Assembly (NCBI GenBank): GCA_045661305.1
Contig: JAZRFJ010000036.1
Location: 2,379 to 66,378 of the forward strand
DNA from: Clostridia bacterium
GTDB taxonomy: Bacteria > Bacillota > Clostridia > UMGS1840
DNA length: 64,000 bases
Reading direction: 5' to 3'
The position numbers were made by a program, and so were the translations under genes. Position 1 is the stretch's first letter, and the number at the start of each line of letters is the position of its first letter. Of this stretch, positions 1 through 9,639 are shown piece after piece. The notes under the pieces were generated by a model. That model searched no databases and was not told the DNA's origin. It worked only from the letters and a program-made list of their open reading frames with translations.

Positions 1-40
1 TTTTATTATTATATTCTTTAATTAATTCGGTTTTGTTCAT
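1..40 (-). CDS. 5' end of an unidentified CDS running off the left edge (MNKTELIKEYNNK...)
   Basis: ATG at 40-38 with AGAGG about 10 nt upstream. Only 13 codons are visible, so no product can be assigned. Confidence 0.25.
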   Translation of the reverse strand, partial: MNKTELIKEYNNK

Positions 41-151
41 AACAGATAGACCTCTTTTTTAGTATTTTCTCTATTATAAACCATTTTCTGTCATTTTTCA
101 AGCTTATTTTACATTTTTATTAAAAAATTTAGAATTATAAATTAACACAAA

Positions 152-180
152 TAAAAAGAACTCCAAAATTGAAGTTCTTT
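152..180 (-). terminator. Rho-independent terminator after glnS
   Basis: Minus-strand hairpin AAGAACTTC/GGAGTTCTT followed by a T-run, about 10 nt after the glnS stop. Confidence 0.5.
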
Positions 181-189
181 CTATTAGTA

Positions 190-1851
190 TTATAACTTAA
201 AACTGTCTTTAAGGTTTACGATAAGATTAAATCTGTTTTCTTCCTTTGAATCCTTAATAAAGTATCCGTTTCTTACAAACTGGAATCTTTCGTCCGTAGT
301 AGCATCTTTTAATGATGGCTCTACTATTGCATCTTTAACTTCTACAGATTCGGAGTTTAGGTAATCATCATAAGTTTTATCTTCAGGCATATCGTTCATA
401 TTTTCCATTGTGAAAAGCTTATTGAACATAAATGCCTTTACAGGAATACCGTATTTTGCACTTACCCAATGTATTGTTCCTTTAACCTTTCTTCCGTCAG
501 GAGCATTACCTGAAAAAGTATCAGGGTCATAAGTGCAGTGAAGTTCAACTACATTGCCATTTTCATCTTTTATAACTTCATTACAGGTAATAAAATATGT
601 TCCTGTAAGTCTTACTTCACTTCCAGGTTTTAAACGATGGAATTTAGATGGAGCATCCTCCATAAAGTCAGACCTTTCAACATATATTTCTTTTGTAATC
701 GGAACTTCACGATATGTCGTTTCTTCATTCTGTGGATAATCAGGAACTTTTACATACTCCACCTTATCTTCAGGATAATTTGTAATTACCACTTTAAGCG
801 GGTCTAAAACTGCAAGCTTTCTCTTTGAAGATTTGTTTAGCTCGTCACGGATACAAAATTCTAAAAGTCCTACATCAACAAGGCTGTTCGCTTTTGCGAC
901 ACCAGCTTTTTTAACAAATTCAAAGATTGATGAAGGTGTGTAACCTCTTCTTCTTAGTCCGCAAAGAGTTGGCATTCTTGGGTCATCCCAACCGTCAACA
1001 ATTTTTTCCTCAACAAGCTTTCTTAAATATCTTTTAGACATAACTGTATGTGTAACATTAAGTCTTGCAAACTCTATCTGTCTTGGCTTTTGTTCAAAGC
1101 CGATATTTTCAATTACCCAATCGTAAAGAGGTCTATGGTTTTCAAATTCCAAAGAGCAAAGTGAAAAGCTTATTCCCTCTAAAGCGTCCTGAATAGGATG
1201 TGCATAATCGTAAAGCGGATAAATGCACCATTTATCGCCTTGTCTGTGGTGAGATGTATGAACAATTCGATATATTGCAGGGTCTCTCATATTCATATTT
1301 GAGGATGCCATATCAATTTTTGCTCTTAATGTTTTTTCACCGTCTTTAAATTCGCCGTTTTTCATTCTTTCAAACAAATCGAGATTTTCCTCAACGCTTC
1401 TGTCACGGTATGGTGAATTTTTTCCCGGTTCTGTGAGTGTTCCTCTGTATTCACGCATTTCTTCAGAGGTAAGGTCACACACATATGCTTTACCATCTTT
1501 TATAAGCTTGCAGGCAAACTCATAGCATTTATCAAAATAGTCTGAGCCGTAAAAAATTCCGCCATCAGGCTCAGCACCGAGCCATTTTAAATCTTCATAG
1601 ATTGACTGAACATATTCGTCATCTTCCTTTGCAGGATTTGTATCATCATATCTTAAATTGAATTTACCGCCATATTTTTTTGCAGTCATATAGTTAATCC
1701 ATATAGCCTTTGCAGAGCCGATATGAAGATATCCATTTGGCTCAGGCGGAAAACGGGTATGCACCTTAGTAGCTTTACCCTCTTTTAAATCTTCATCAAT
1801 AAATTCATGTATAAAATTGTTTTCAATTTCACAAATATTTTCTATACCCAT
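190..1851 (-). CDS. glnS: Glutaminyl-tRNA synthetase
   Basis: 553-aa ORF. Class I HIGH-type motif (PEPNGYLHIGSAKA), KMSKS-type VMSKR, and a GlnRS-like C-terminal anticodon-binding region. Confidence 0.9.
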   Translation of the reverse strand: MGIENICEIENNFIHEFIDEDLKEGKATKVHTRFPPEPNGYLHIGSAKAIWINYMTAKKYGGKFNLRYDDTNPAKEDDEYVQSIYEDLKWLGAEPDGGIFYGSDYFDKCYEFACKLIKDGKAYVCDLTSEEMREYRGTLTEPGKNSPYRDRSVEENLDLFERMKNGEFKDGEKTLRAKIDMASSNMNMRDPAIYRIVHTSHHRQGDKWCIYPLYDYAHPIQDALEGISFSLCSLEFENHRPLYDWVIENIGFEQKPRQIEFARLNVTHTVMSKRYLRKLVEEKIVDGWDDPRMPTLCGLRRRGYTPSSIFEFVKKAGVAKANSLVDVGLLEFCIRDELNKSSKRKLAVLDPLKVVITNYPEDKVEYVKVPDYPQNEETTYREVPITKEIYVERSDFMEDAPSKFHRLKPGSEVRLTGTYFITCNEVIKDENGNVVELHCTYDPDTFSGNAPDGRKVKGTIHWVSAKYGIPVKAFMFNKLFTMENMNDMPEDKTYDDYLNSESVEVKDAIVEPSLKDATTDERFQFVRNGYFIKDSKEENRFNLIVNLKDSFKL

Positions 1852-3482
1852 TTCTCAATTCTCTCTTTCACTTTATCTTTACCAAGCACCTTAAATACAT
1901 CATACATATCAGGTGTATTCATTCTTCCGCACACAGCTACTCTTATTACTGTACTTACATGTGCAATATTTCCTTTGAAATCCTGCGGATTTTTTTTGTA
2001 TTCCTTCATATTTGTTGTATAGCCGTATTTTTCGCTTATCTGTTTTATTTTATTAAACCATTCGCCCGAATCATCATTTTCATCATAAGTGCTTAAATAA
2101 TCAGCTAAAATATTTTTTCTGTCGTCTTCTAAAACTTCTTTGGGGAATGTATAATCAGGCTCATAAATTTCATCGAAGAAGTATGAAATATAATCCTTTA
2201 TCTGAGAAAGCCTTGCAATATCCTTTCTTGGTTTTGCACCACCTCTTCCGATATTAAGGATTGCTATTGTCTTTTCCTTATTTTCTAAAAGAAGTTTATA
2301 AAAATCAGCATCATAATTCTTCGCATATTCCAAAACAAGTTCATAAACATCTTCTGCTTTCATTAAAGAAATATAATTCTTTGAAACATCATCTAACTTA
2401 ACCAAGTCAAAAAGTGCACCTGAAACTGACATTTTCTTAGGTGAAAACGGAAATTCCTTATATGATTTATCAGGATTTTTATCTGCCCATTCTTCAAAAT
2501 TTGAATTAAGGAGCGTCATAAGATAATTAAGCACACAAACAGGAACATAGCCTTCTTTTTTATAATACTCGAGTGCAAGCTCAGGGTCTTTTCTTTTGGT
2601 AAGCTTTCTCTTTGTATCCCCGTCCATTTTCATAAGCGGTGAAATGTGCATATATTTAGGAGCTTTTAGTTCCAATGCTCTGAATAACTGTAAATGTATC
2701 GGCAATGTTGCAAGCCACTCGTCACCTCTTACAACATGGGTTGTCCCCATAAGATAGTCATCTACTACATGGGCAAAATGATATGTCGGTATTCCGTCTG
2801 ATTTTAAAATAACAATATCCATATCATTTTCAGTAAGCTCTAAATCACCTTTTACAAGGTCTGTAAACTTGAATTTATTATTAACATTCCCCTCGCTTTT
2901 AAATCTTACAACATAAGGAACATTATTATTAATTTTTTCTTCAATTTCTTCTAAAGAAAGCTCACGGCATCTCGCCCATTTTCCGCGATAACCGATATTG
3001 TCTTCTTTTTCTTCCTCTTGTTTTTTTCTTAAATCATTGAGGTCTTCCTCACTGCAAAAGCAAGGATATGCTTTACCTAAAAGCATAAGTTTTTTTACAA
3101 ATGCCTTATAAATATTCTCACGCTGTCGTTGCTTATATGGACCATATATTCCGTTTTCCCCGTCTATCGTTGCACCCTCATCAAATGTAATGTCAAAATC
3201 TCCGAGTGCCTTAATAATAGCCTCAACACCGCCCTCAACCTCTCTTTTCTGGTCGGTATCTTCTATTCTTAAATATAAAGTACCGTCTCCTAAATGAGCA
3301 AGTCTTTCGTTTGTAAGAGCAGCATAAAGATTTCCAAGATGCATAAACCCTGTTGGGCTTGGTGCCATTCTTGTAACCTTACTTCCCTCTTTTAATTCTC
3401 TTTTAGGGTATTTCTCAAAAATTTCTTCCAATGACGGAAGCGGTTTATCAAAAATTAAGTCAGTAAGTTTTTTATAATCCAT
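1842..3482 (-). CDS. gltX: Glutamyl-tRNA synthetase
   Basis: 546-aa ORF with RMAPSPTGFMHLGN (HIGH motif) and a GluRS catalytic core. Its stop overlaps the glnS start by 10 nt. Confidence 0.9.
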   Translation of the reverse strand: MDYKKLTDLIFDKPLPSLEEIFEKYPKRELKEGSKVTRMAPSPTGFMHLGNLYAALTNERLAHLGDGTLYLRIEDTDQKREVEGGVEAIIKALGDFDITFDEGATIDGENGIYGPYKQRQRENIYKAFVKKLMLLGKAYPCFCSEEDLNDLRKKQEEEKEDNIGYRGKWARCRELSLEEIEEKINNNVPYVVRFKSEGNVNNKFKFTDLVKGDLELTENDMDIVILKSDGIPTYHFAHVVDDYLMGTTHVVRGDEWLATLPIHLQLFRALELKAPKYMHISPLMKMDGDTKRKLTKRKDPELALEYYKKEGYVPVCVLNYLMTLLNSNFEEWADKNPDKSYKEFPFSPKKMSVSGALFDLVKLDDVSKNYISLMKAEDVYELVLEYAKNYDADFYKLLLENKEKTIAILNIGRGGAKPRKDIARLSQIKDYISYFFDEIYEPDYTFPKEVLEDDRKNILADYLSTYDENDDSGEWFNKIKQISEKYGYTTNMKEYKKNPQDFKGNIAHVSTVIRVAVCGRMNTPDMYDVFKVLGKDKVKERIEKWV

Positions 3483-3551
3483 AATAACCTGTCTCCTGTG
3501 AATATAGCATTATATTATATTTTATTATACTACCAATAAGCTTATTTGTCA

Positions 3552-3584
3552 ATAAAAAAGAGGCACTTTTTTACAAAGTGCCTC
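3552..3584 (-). terminator. Rho-independent terminator after eda-like gene
   Basis: 10-bp stem GAGGCACTTT/AAAGTGCCTC with a 5-nt loop, followed by a T-run on the minus strand. Confidence 0.7.
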
Positions 3585-3601
3585 GAAGAAAACATTTAAA
3601 A

Positions 3602-4564
3602 TTATTTTGTTATAAGATGAACAGCAAATCCGCCAATTTCATCTTTAAGATAAACAAACTTCAAATTGCCTTTATCGTCATATTTTTTAGTTTCTTCCAA
3701 AAATTCAACGCCCATTCTCTTAAGATATGAATATGCTCTTGGAACAGAATTTGTGCTTATTGCAATATGACCGTTTGTGCCAGCTCCCATCATATACATA
3801 GCTTCAATAGGCTTTCCTGCAAATGCTGATGATTCACCTATTTTGGTTTCAAAACCAAAAATAGATGAAAATGCTGTTGCAACAGCTATTCCGTCTTCTT
3901 TTGATTTTGTATTGATACCTATATGCTTAAGGTCAAAACCAAGCATAGTATGAACAGCTTCTTTTGTAAGCTTTGTTATTTCATCAAATTTCTTTTCGTT
4001 TATAAGTTCACCCTTAACCATCCAGCTTCCGCCGCAAGCAAGGATTTTAGAAAACCCAAGATATTCATTAAGGTTTTTCGCACTTATTCCGCCTGTTGGC
4101 ATGAATTTAATATTACCGTAAGGTGCTGACATAGCCTTTATCATATTAAGACCGCCTGCCGCTTCTGCAGGAAAGAATTTAACAACACTAAGACCAAGCT
4201 CAATAGCCTGTTCAATGTCAGATGGATTTGCACAGCCAGGTGTAACAGGAATGTTTTTATCAACGCAATATTTTACAACCTTAGGGTTAAGTCCAGGACT
4301 TACAATAAATTTTGCACCTGCATTTACAGCTTTATCAACCTGTTCACAAGTAAGAACTGTTCCTGCACCTACAAACATTTCAGGGCAATTTTCGGAAATA
4401 AGTCTGATTGCTTCTTCAGCCGCATCAGTTCTGAAAGTAACCTCCGCAACAGGAAGACCGCCTGCAATAAGTGCTTTAGCCAAAGGCACTGCGTCATTAG
4501 CATCATCGATTTTTACAACAGGTACTATACCATAATCACCGATTTGTTTTAAAACTTCATTCAT
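3602..4564 (-). CDS. eda: KDPG/KHG aldolase (Eda family) with a C-terminal VOC/glyoxalase-like extension
   Basis: The first ~210 aa of the 320-aa ORF match Eda-family aldolases (GIVPVV, AEVTFRT, VKFFPA). The last ~105 aa form an extra domain (KHIGINT...GGFAVHL). Confidence 0.75.
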   Translation of the reverse strand: MNEVLKQIGDYGIVPVVKIDDANDAVPLAKALIAGGLPVAEVTFRTDAAEEAIRLISENCPEMFVGAGTVLTCEQVDKAVNAGAKFIVSPGLNPKVVKYCVDKNIPVTPGCANPSDIEQAIELGLSVVKFFPAEAAGGLNMIKAMSAPYGNIKFMPTGGISAKNLNEYLGFSKILACGGSWMVKGELINEKKFDEITKLTKEAVHTMLGFDLKHIGINTKSKEDGIAVATAFSSIFGFETKIGESSAFAGKPIEAMYMMGAGTNGHIAISTNSVPRAYSYLKRMGVEFLEETKKYDDKGNLKFVYLKDEIGGFAVHLITK

Positions 4565-4677
4565 ATTTTAATACCTCTCCTATGTATTTTAATAGTTTAA
4601 TTTTAGCAGAAAATTTTAAAAATTTCAACTTATCAAAAAATACATATCAATTAATAACATAAAACTATCAAAATATG

Positions 4678-7600
4678 CTACATCATATCAAAAATTGATA
4701 TTTGCGGAGAATCAGGAAGTCCCTCTAAACACCCGAGTGCTGTAAGCTGTTCAATATGTGTTTTTGAAAGCTTGGTACGGGATAGAAGCTCCTCTTTTGA
4801 TGAAAATACACCGTTTTGTCTTGCCTCAACAATTGTTTCTGCAGCAGCCGCACCAAGTCCTTTGATTGCAGTAAAAGGCAATCTCAGACAATTATTATCA
4901 ACGATAAACTTCTGTGCATCCGACTTATAAAGGTCAACAGGTGCAAATGAAATACCACGCTTTTGCATTTCGTTACACATTCCAAGAAGTGTGATAATAT
5001 TTTTATCCTTTTGCTTTAAGTCACTCATATTATTATACTGCTCTATATAATGCTCAACCTTATCTCCAACCATCATATCTATATCAAAGTCATCTGCTCT
5101 TATAGAAAAATATGTTGCATAATATTCAAGCGGGTAATGCACTTTAAAATATGCGATTCTAAATGCCATCATAACATAAGCAACAGCATGTGCTTTAGGG
5201 AACATATACTGTATTTTTTCACAGCTGTTAATATACCACTGAGGAACATTATTTGCTCTCATTTCCTCCTGATATTTTTCCCATTTATCTTCTTTTCCTT
5301 TCGCCACCTTTCCCTTACGCACAGATTCCATAATCGAAAAAGCATTTTTAGGCTCAACACCCATATGAATAAGATAAATCATAATATCGTCTCTGGTACA
5401 AATAGCATCTTTAAGGGTACAAATCCCATTTACAATCAAATCCTGAGCATTACCAAGCCAAACATCAGTACCGTGAGAAAGTCCTGCAATACGGACAAGC
5501 TCTGCAAAGGTTGTAGGTTTGGTATCAATAAGCATCTGTCTTGTAAAGCCTGTACCAAATTCAGGGAGTCCGAGAGTTCCTACCTTAGACCCGATATCTT
5601 CTTCTGTTACACCGAGTGCATCCGTATTTAAGAAAAGTGACATTGTTTTTTCATCGTCAAGAGGAATGCTTTTCGGGTCTTTTCCTGTCAAATCCTGAAG
5701 CATTCTTATCATAGCAGGGTCGTCGTGACCAAGCAGGTCGAGCTTTAATAAACAATCGTGAAGATATGTATACTGGAAGTGTGTTGTTATTATATCACTT
5801 TGGGGGTCATCGGCAGGATGTGCAATAGGTGTAAATTCATAAACCTCGTATTCTTTAGGCACAATCATAACACCGCCGGGGTGCTGACCTGTTGTTTTCT
5901 TTACACCGTTACATCCGATAGATAAACGCATCATTTCTGCATTGTTATATGAAATGCCTTTTTCCTCACAATACTTTTTAACATAACCAAAAGCATTCTT
6001 TTCAGCAATAGTACCTATCGTTCCTGCTCTAAAAACATGCCCCTCACCAAAAAGCTCTTCTGTGTATTTATGAATTGTCGGCTGATATTCACCCGCAAAG
6101 TTAAGGTCAATATCAGGCTCTTTATCACCTGCAAAACCAAGAAAGGTTTCAAATGGTATATCGTGTCCGTCCCGTATCATATCAGTATTACAGTTCGGAC
6201 AATTTTTCGGTGGCATATCACAGCCTGAACTGTATGAGCCGTCCTCTATAAATTCGCTGTGCTTACAATTCGGGCATACATAGTGTGGACAAAGTGAATT
6301 AACCTCTGTAATATCAGATAAAAACGCAACAAATGATGAGCCGACAGAACCTCTTGAGCCAACAAGGTAGCCATCATCAAGTGATTTTTTTACAAGCTTT
6401 TGTGCAATTATATACATAACGGCATATCCGTTTGAAATAATGGAATCAAGCTCTCTGTCCATTCTTTTCTGCACAAGCTCAGGAAGTGGGTCACCATATA
6501 TTCTTTTAGCCTTTGCAACTGACATTTCTCTTAACTCCTCGTCAGAGCCTGGAATTGACGGAGGACATTTTTTCTCAGGGATAGGAACAATCATATCATC
6601 TATCATATCACAGATAGCATTAGGATTTGTGATTACAATTTCTCTTTTTATGTCATCATCAAGATAGTAAAACTCATCTAACATTTCCTCAGTTGTACGC
6701 AAATAAAGCGGTGCCTGATTATCAGCATCAGAAAAACCGTGTCCATACATTATTATTTTCCTAAATACACTGTCTGTTGGATTTAAGAAATGAACATCGC
6801 CTGTTGCGACAGTCATTTTCCCTAATTTTCTTCCGAGGTCAATTATCTTCTTATTTATATTTATAAGCTCATCTGTTGAGTTTACTGTGCCGTTTTCAAG
6901 CATAAAATTATTGTTGCCAAGGGGCTGAATTTCAAGGTAATCATAGAAATTTGCTATTTTTTCAATATCCTCTTCCTTTGCACCTGAAAGTATTGCCTGA
7001 TAAAGCTCGCCCGCCTCACAAGCACTTCCGTAAATAAGTCCCTCTCGCATACTATGAAGCTCGCTTTTTAACATTCTCGGTCTCTTTTTATAGAAGTGTT
7101 TCAAGTTTGAATTTGAAATAAGCTTATACAGATTCACAAGTCCTGTTTGATTTTTAACAAGGATTATTGCATGATACGGATTGTTCTTATAAGCATTATT
7201 TGGTAAAGCAGCATTAAGCTCCTTAAAAGTTTTAATTCCTTTTTCTCTTGCTTTTTCGATAAGTACATTAAAAATTCCAAACAGACATTCTGTGTCATTA
7301 ACAGCTCTGTGTGCACCCTCTAAAGAAATATTTAGTTCTTTTGCAATTGTACCAAGCTTATGGTTTTTAAAATCAGTAAAAATTCTTCGCGAAAAATCAA
7401 GCGTGTCAAGATAAGGATTTTTCATCTCTAATCCAAGTCTTTTACATGCCATATTCAAAAAACCGACATCAAACGAGGCATTATGTGCAACTAATATACT
7501 ATCCCCTATAAAATCAAGAAATTCAGGTATAATTTCTCTTTCTGTCGGCTCATTTTCCACCATATCCTGAGTTATATTTGTAAGCTGTGTGATTTTGCCA

Positions 7601-9027
7601 GGGATAGAACGCTCGGGATTAACAAATTTTGAAAATCTGTCAATAATTTTTCCGTTTTTACACTTTACTGCACCTATCTCAATAATTCTGTCATTTTCAG
7701 CAGCAACACCCGTAGTTTCAAAGTCAAAAACAGTAATTTCGGCATCTGAAAAATCATAGTCCTTTTCACCAACATATATTTGGGCAAAATCGTCAACCAA
7801 ATATGCCTCTACACCGTATATAACTTTTATCCCTAACTTTTTCCCAAGAGCATATGCCTCAGGATATGCCTGCAAGACTCCATGGTCAGTTACAGCTATT
7901 GCTTTATGTCCCCATTTATGTGCCTGCTTTATTAAATCTTTAACATCGCTCATACCATCGGTGGCAGACATTGTTGTATGTAAATGAAGCTCTATTCTTT
8001 TTTCTTCACTTTCGTCTTTTCTTACTTTTTTATCTATCTGTTGAATAGAAAACGGCTGAACAACAACGTCTTTTAAATAATCATCAAATTTTGCTACACC
8101 TGTCATCTTTATACAAGTGCCAACAGTAAGTCTTCCTTTTACAAGATTATATGCTTCTTTATTCTTAAAAAATTTCTTTACCATTATAGATGATGTACCG
8201 TCTGTTACATACATCATAAAAATAACCGATTCATTTTTTGTGACCTTGTCCTCGGTAAAGAAAATTTCCCCCTCAACCAAAACATTGCCTGTATTTTGAT
8301 TGATATATTGCATTTGTGTGATTTCTCCACCCTCAATCAAATTACCTATTATAACACTTTCAAGCTTTTTCTTTTCCTCGGGATGTTCTTCTAAATATTT
8401 TTTATATTCTTCCTTTTCTCTCTTTTTTTCAGCTCGTTCTTCTCTTTTTTTCTCTTTAATCTGCTCTGCTCTTTCAAGTGCAAGTTTGCCTTCTTCTTCT
8501 ATTATTTCAGCAAGCTCTTCATCCCTTTTTAAGATATATTCATCTATATCTGCATTAAATTCAACAGTATCCTTAAACACAACTTTAATATCAAGTGAAA
8601 ACTCACTCTTAATAAGCTTTTCTATTTCTTCTGCTACTTTATTAGCAGTAAGCATATCAGCTCCGTGTGTTCTTAAATACACTGTAAATAAATCATCATT
8701 AAGCTCTGCATATGAACCCTCGATAAATGTTTTTAACGCAGGAAATTTAAGAGAAAGATATGTAAGAATATGAATATAGTAATTTTCATCAAACAAGTCC
8801 GCATCATATTTTGTATATATTTTTATGAAATTCAAATTATACACTCTTTTTATATCACCTGCTATTGCCATAATAGCATTTTTATCAATTATTTTTTTTG
8901 AGCGTACAGTTATTTCAAGCTTTCTGTCTTCTTTTATAAAGTTTTTTTCCTCTATAACACACTCCGAAAAAACATCAGCATATTTTTTTACTTGTTCTGA
9001 CTCCGAAAAAAGCTCCAAAAATGTCAT
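4678..9027 (-). CDS. polC: DNA polymerase III PolC-type (Gram-positive replicative polymerase with 3'-5' exonuclease)
   Basis: PHP domain, DnaQ-like exonuclease (FDFETTG, HNASFD, HRAVNDT) and the PolIII alpha core. Start placed at MTFLELF (GAGGTG RBS) rather than the longest ORF start at 9087. Confidence 0.95.
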   Translation of the reverse strand: MTFLELFSESEQVKKYADVFSECVIEEKNFIKEDRKLEITVRSKKIIDKNAIMAIAGDIKRVYNLNFIKIYTKYDADLFDENYYIHILTYLSLKFPALKTFIEGSYAELNDDLFTVYLRTHGADMLTANKVAEEIEKLIKSEFSLDIKVVFKDTVEFNADIDEYILKRDEELAEIIEEEGKLALERAEQIKEKKREERAEKKREKEEYKKYLEEHPEEKKKLESVIIGNLIEGGEITQMQYINQNTGNVLVEGEIFFTEDKVTKNESVIFMMYVTDGTSSIMVKKFFKNKEAYNLVKGRLTVGTCIKMTGVAKFDDYLKDVVVQPFSIQQIDKKVRKDESEEKRIELHLHTTMSATDGMSDVKDLIKQAHKWGHKAIAVTDHGVLQAYPEAYALGKKLGIKVIYGVEAYLVDDFAQIYVGEKDYDFSDAEITVFDFETTGVAAENDRIIEIGAVKCKNGKIIDRFSKFVNPERSIPGKITQLTNITQDMVENEPTEREIIPEFLDFIGDSILVAHNASFDVGFLNMACKRLGLEMKNPYLDTLDFSRRIFTDFKNHKLGTIAKELNISLEGAHRAVNDTECLFGIFNVLIEKAREKGIKTFKELNAALPNNAYKNNPYHAIILVKNQTGLVNLYKLISNSNLKHFYKKRPRMLKSELHSMREGLIYGSACEAGELYQAILSGAKEEDIEKIANFYDYLEIQPLGNNNFMLENGTVNSTDELININKKIIDLGRKLGKMTVATGDVHFLNPTDSVFRKIIMYGHGFSDADNQAPLYLRTTEEMLDEFYYLDDDIKREIVITNPNAICDMIDDMIVPIPEKKCPPSIPGSDEELREMSVAKAKRIYGDPLPELVQKRMDRELDSIISNGYAVMYIIAQKLVKKSLDDGYLVGSRGSVGSSFVAFLSDITEVNSLCPHYVCPNCKHSEFIEDGSYSSGCDMPPKNCPNCNTDMIRDGHDIPFETFLGFAGDKEPDIDLNFAGEYQPTIHKYTEELFGEGHVFRAGTIGTIAEKNAFGYVKKYCEEKGISYNNAEMMRLSIGCNGVKKTTGQHPGGVMIVPKEYEVYEFTPIAHPADDPQSDIITTHFQYTYLHDCLLKLDLLGHDDPAMIRMLQDLTGKDPKSIPLDDEKTMSLFLNTDALGVTEEDIGSKVGTLGLPEFGTGFTRQMLIDTKPTTFAELVRIAGLSHGTDVWLGNAQDLIVNGICTLKDAICTRDDIMIYLIHMGVEPKNAFSIMESVRKGKVAKGKEDKWEKYQEEMRANNVPQWYINSCEKIQYMFPKAHAVAYVMMAFRIAYFKVHYPLEYYATYFSIRADDFDIDMMVGDKVEHYIEQYNNMSDLKQKDKNIITLLGMCNEMQKRGISFAPVDLYKSDAQKFIVDNNCLRLPFTAIKGLGAAAAETIVEARQNGVFSSKEELLSRTKLSKTHIEQLTALGCLEGLPDSPQISIFDMM

Positions 9028-9100
9028 ATTCTCACCTCTTTTAAAGACATATAAAACAGCCTTGATATAAGGCTGTTCTACATTCATTATAAACTATTTT

Positions 9101-9631
9101 TTAAATTATGTCAATATCATCATTCCACAAAATAACACTATTTTTTTCTATACTTTTTTTCACATCAATTATTCTTTGGTTTTCCGAGCCTTTGAAACGA
9201 AGATTTTCTTTAAAGTATTTTTTTTCAAATCTTCCGTCAACCAAAACATCGCAATATGAAAGTAAGCATTTTTTCTTTTCATCTGCCATTATTTCTTCAA
9301 AAGTATAGCCCGAATAAATCCATATTGTTTTATTTGTGTTACTTTTTATATACTCTGACAATCTGATAAGTCCGTCTGCCTGACAAAAGGGCTCACCGCC
9401 GCTGTATGTAATATTTGTAAAACTACTTTTGGTAAGCTTTTTATAAATTTCATCTAAGCTTTCCATATGCCCGTTCTTTTCTTCCCATGTTTCAGGGTTA
9501 TGACATCCATCACAATGATGAGGACAAAAGCATACAAAAAGCACATCACGAAAACCTTCTCCGTCAACCGAAGAGCTGTATGTTATATCAACAATATTCA
9601 AAAAAGTATTTTTTAATTTAAGTTCTTCCAT
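9101..9631 (-). CDS. nrdG: Anaerobic ribonucleoside-triphosphate reductase activating protein (radical SAM)
   Basis: 176 aa with a Cys cluster (CPHHCDGCHNPETW). Lies immediately downstream of nrdD. Confidence 0.85.
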   Translation of the reverse strand: MEELKLKNTFLNIVDITYSSSVDGEGFRDVLFVCFCPHHCDGCHNPETWEEKNGHMESLDEIYKKLTKSSFTNITYSGGEPFCQADGLIRLSEYIKSNTNKTIWIYSGYTFEEIMADEKKKCLLSYCDVLVDGRFEKKYFKENLRFKGSENQRIIDVKKSIEKNSVILWNDDIDII

Positions 9632-9639
9632 TTTTTCTC

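Noticed and set aside
8300-8773. 157-aa plus-strand ORF, and similar ORFs at 5050-5631, 8825-9070 and 6440-6667, inside polC
   Set aside because: They are antisense to a confidently identified gene. Their translations are low-complexity and Ser/Phe/Ile-rich, and they have no RBS, so they are shadow ORFs typical of AT-rich DNA.
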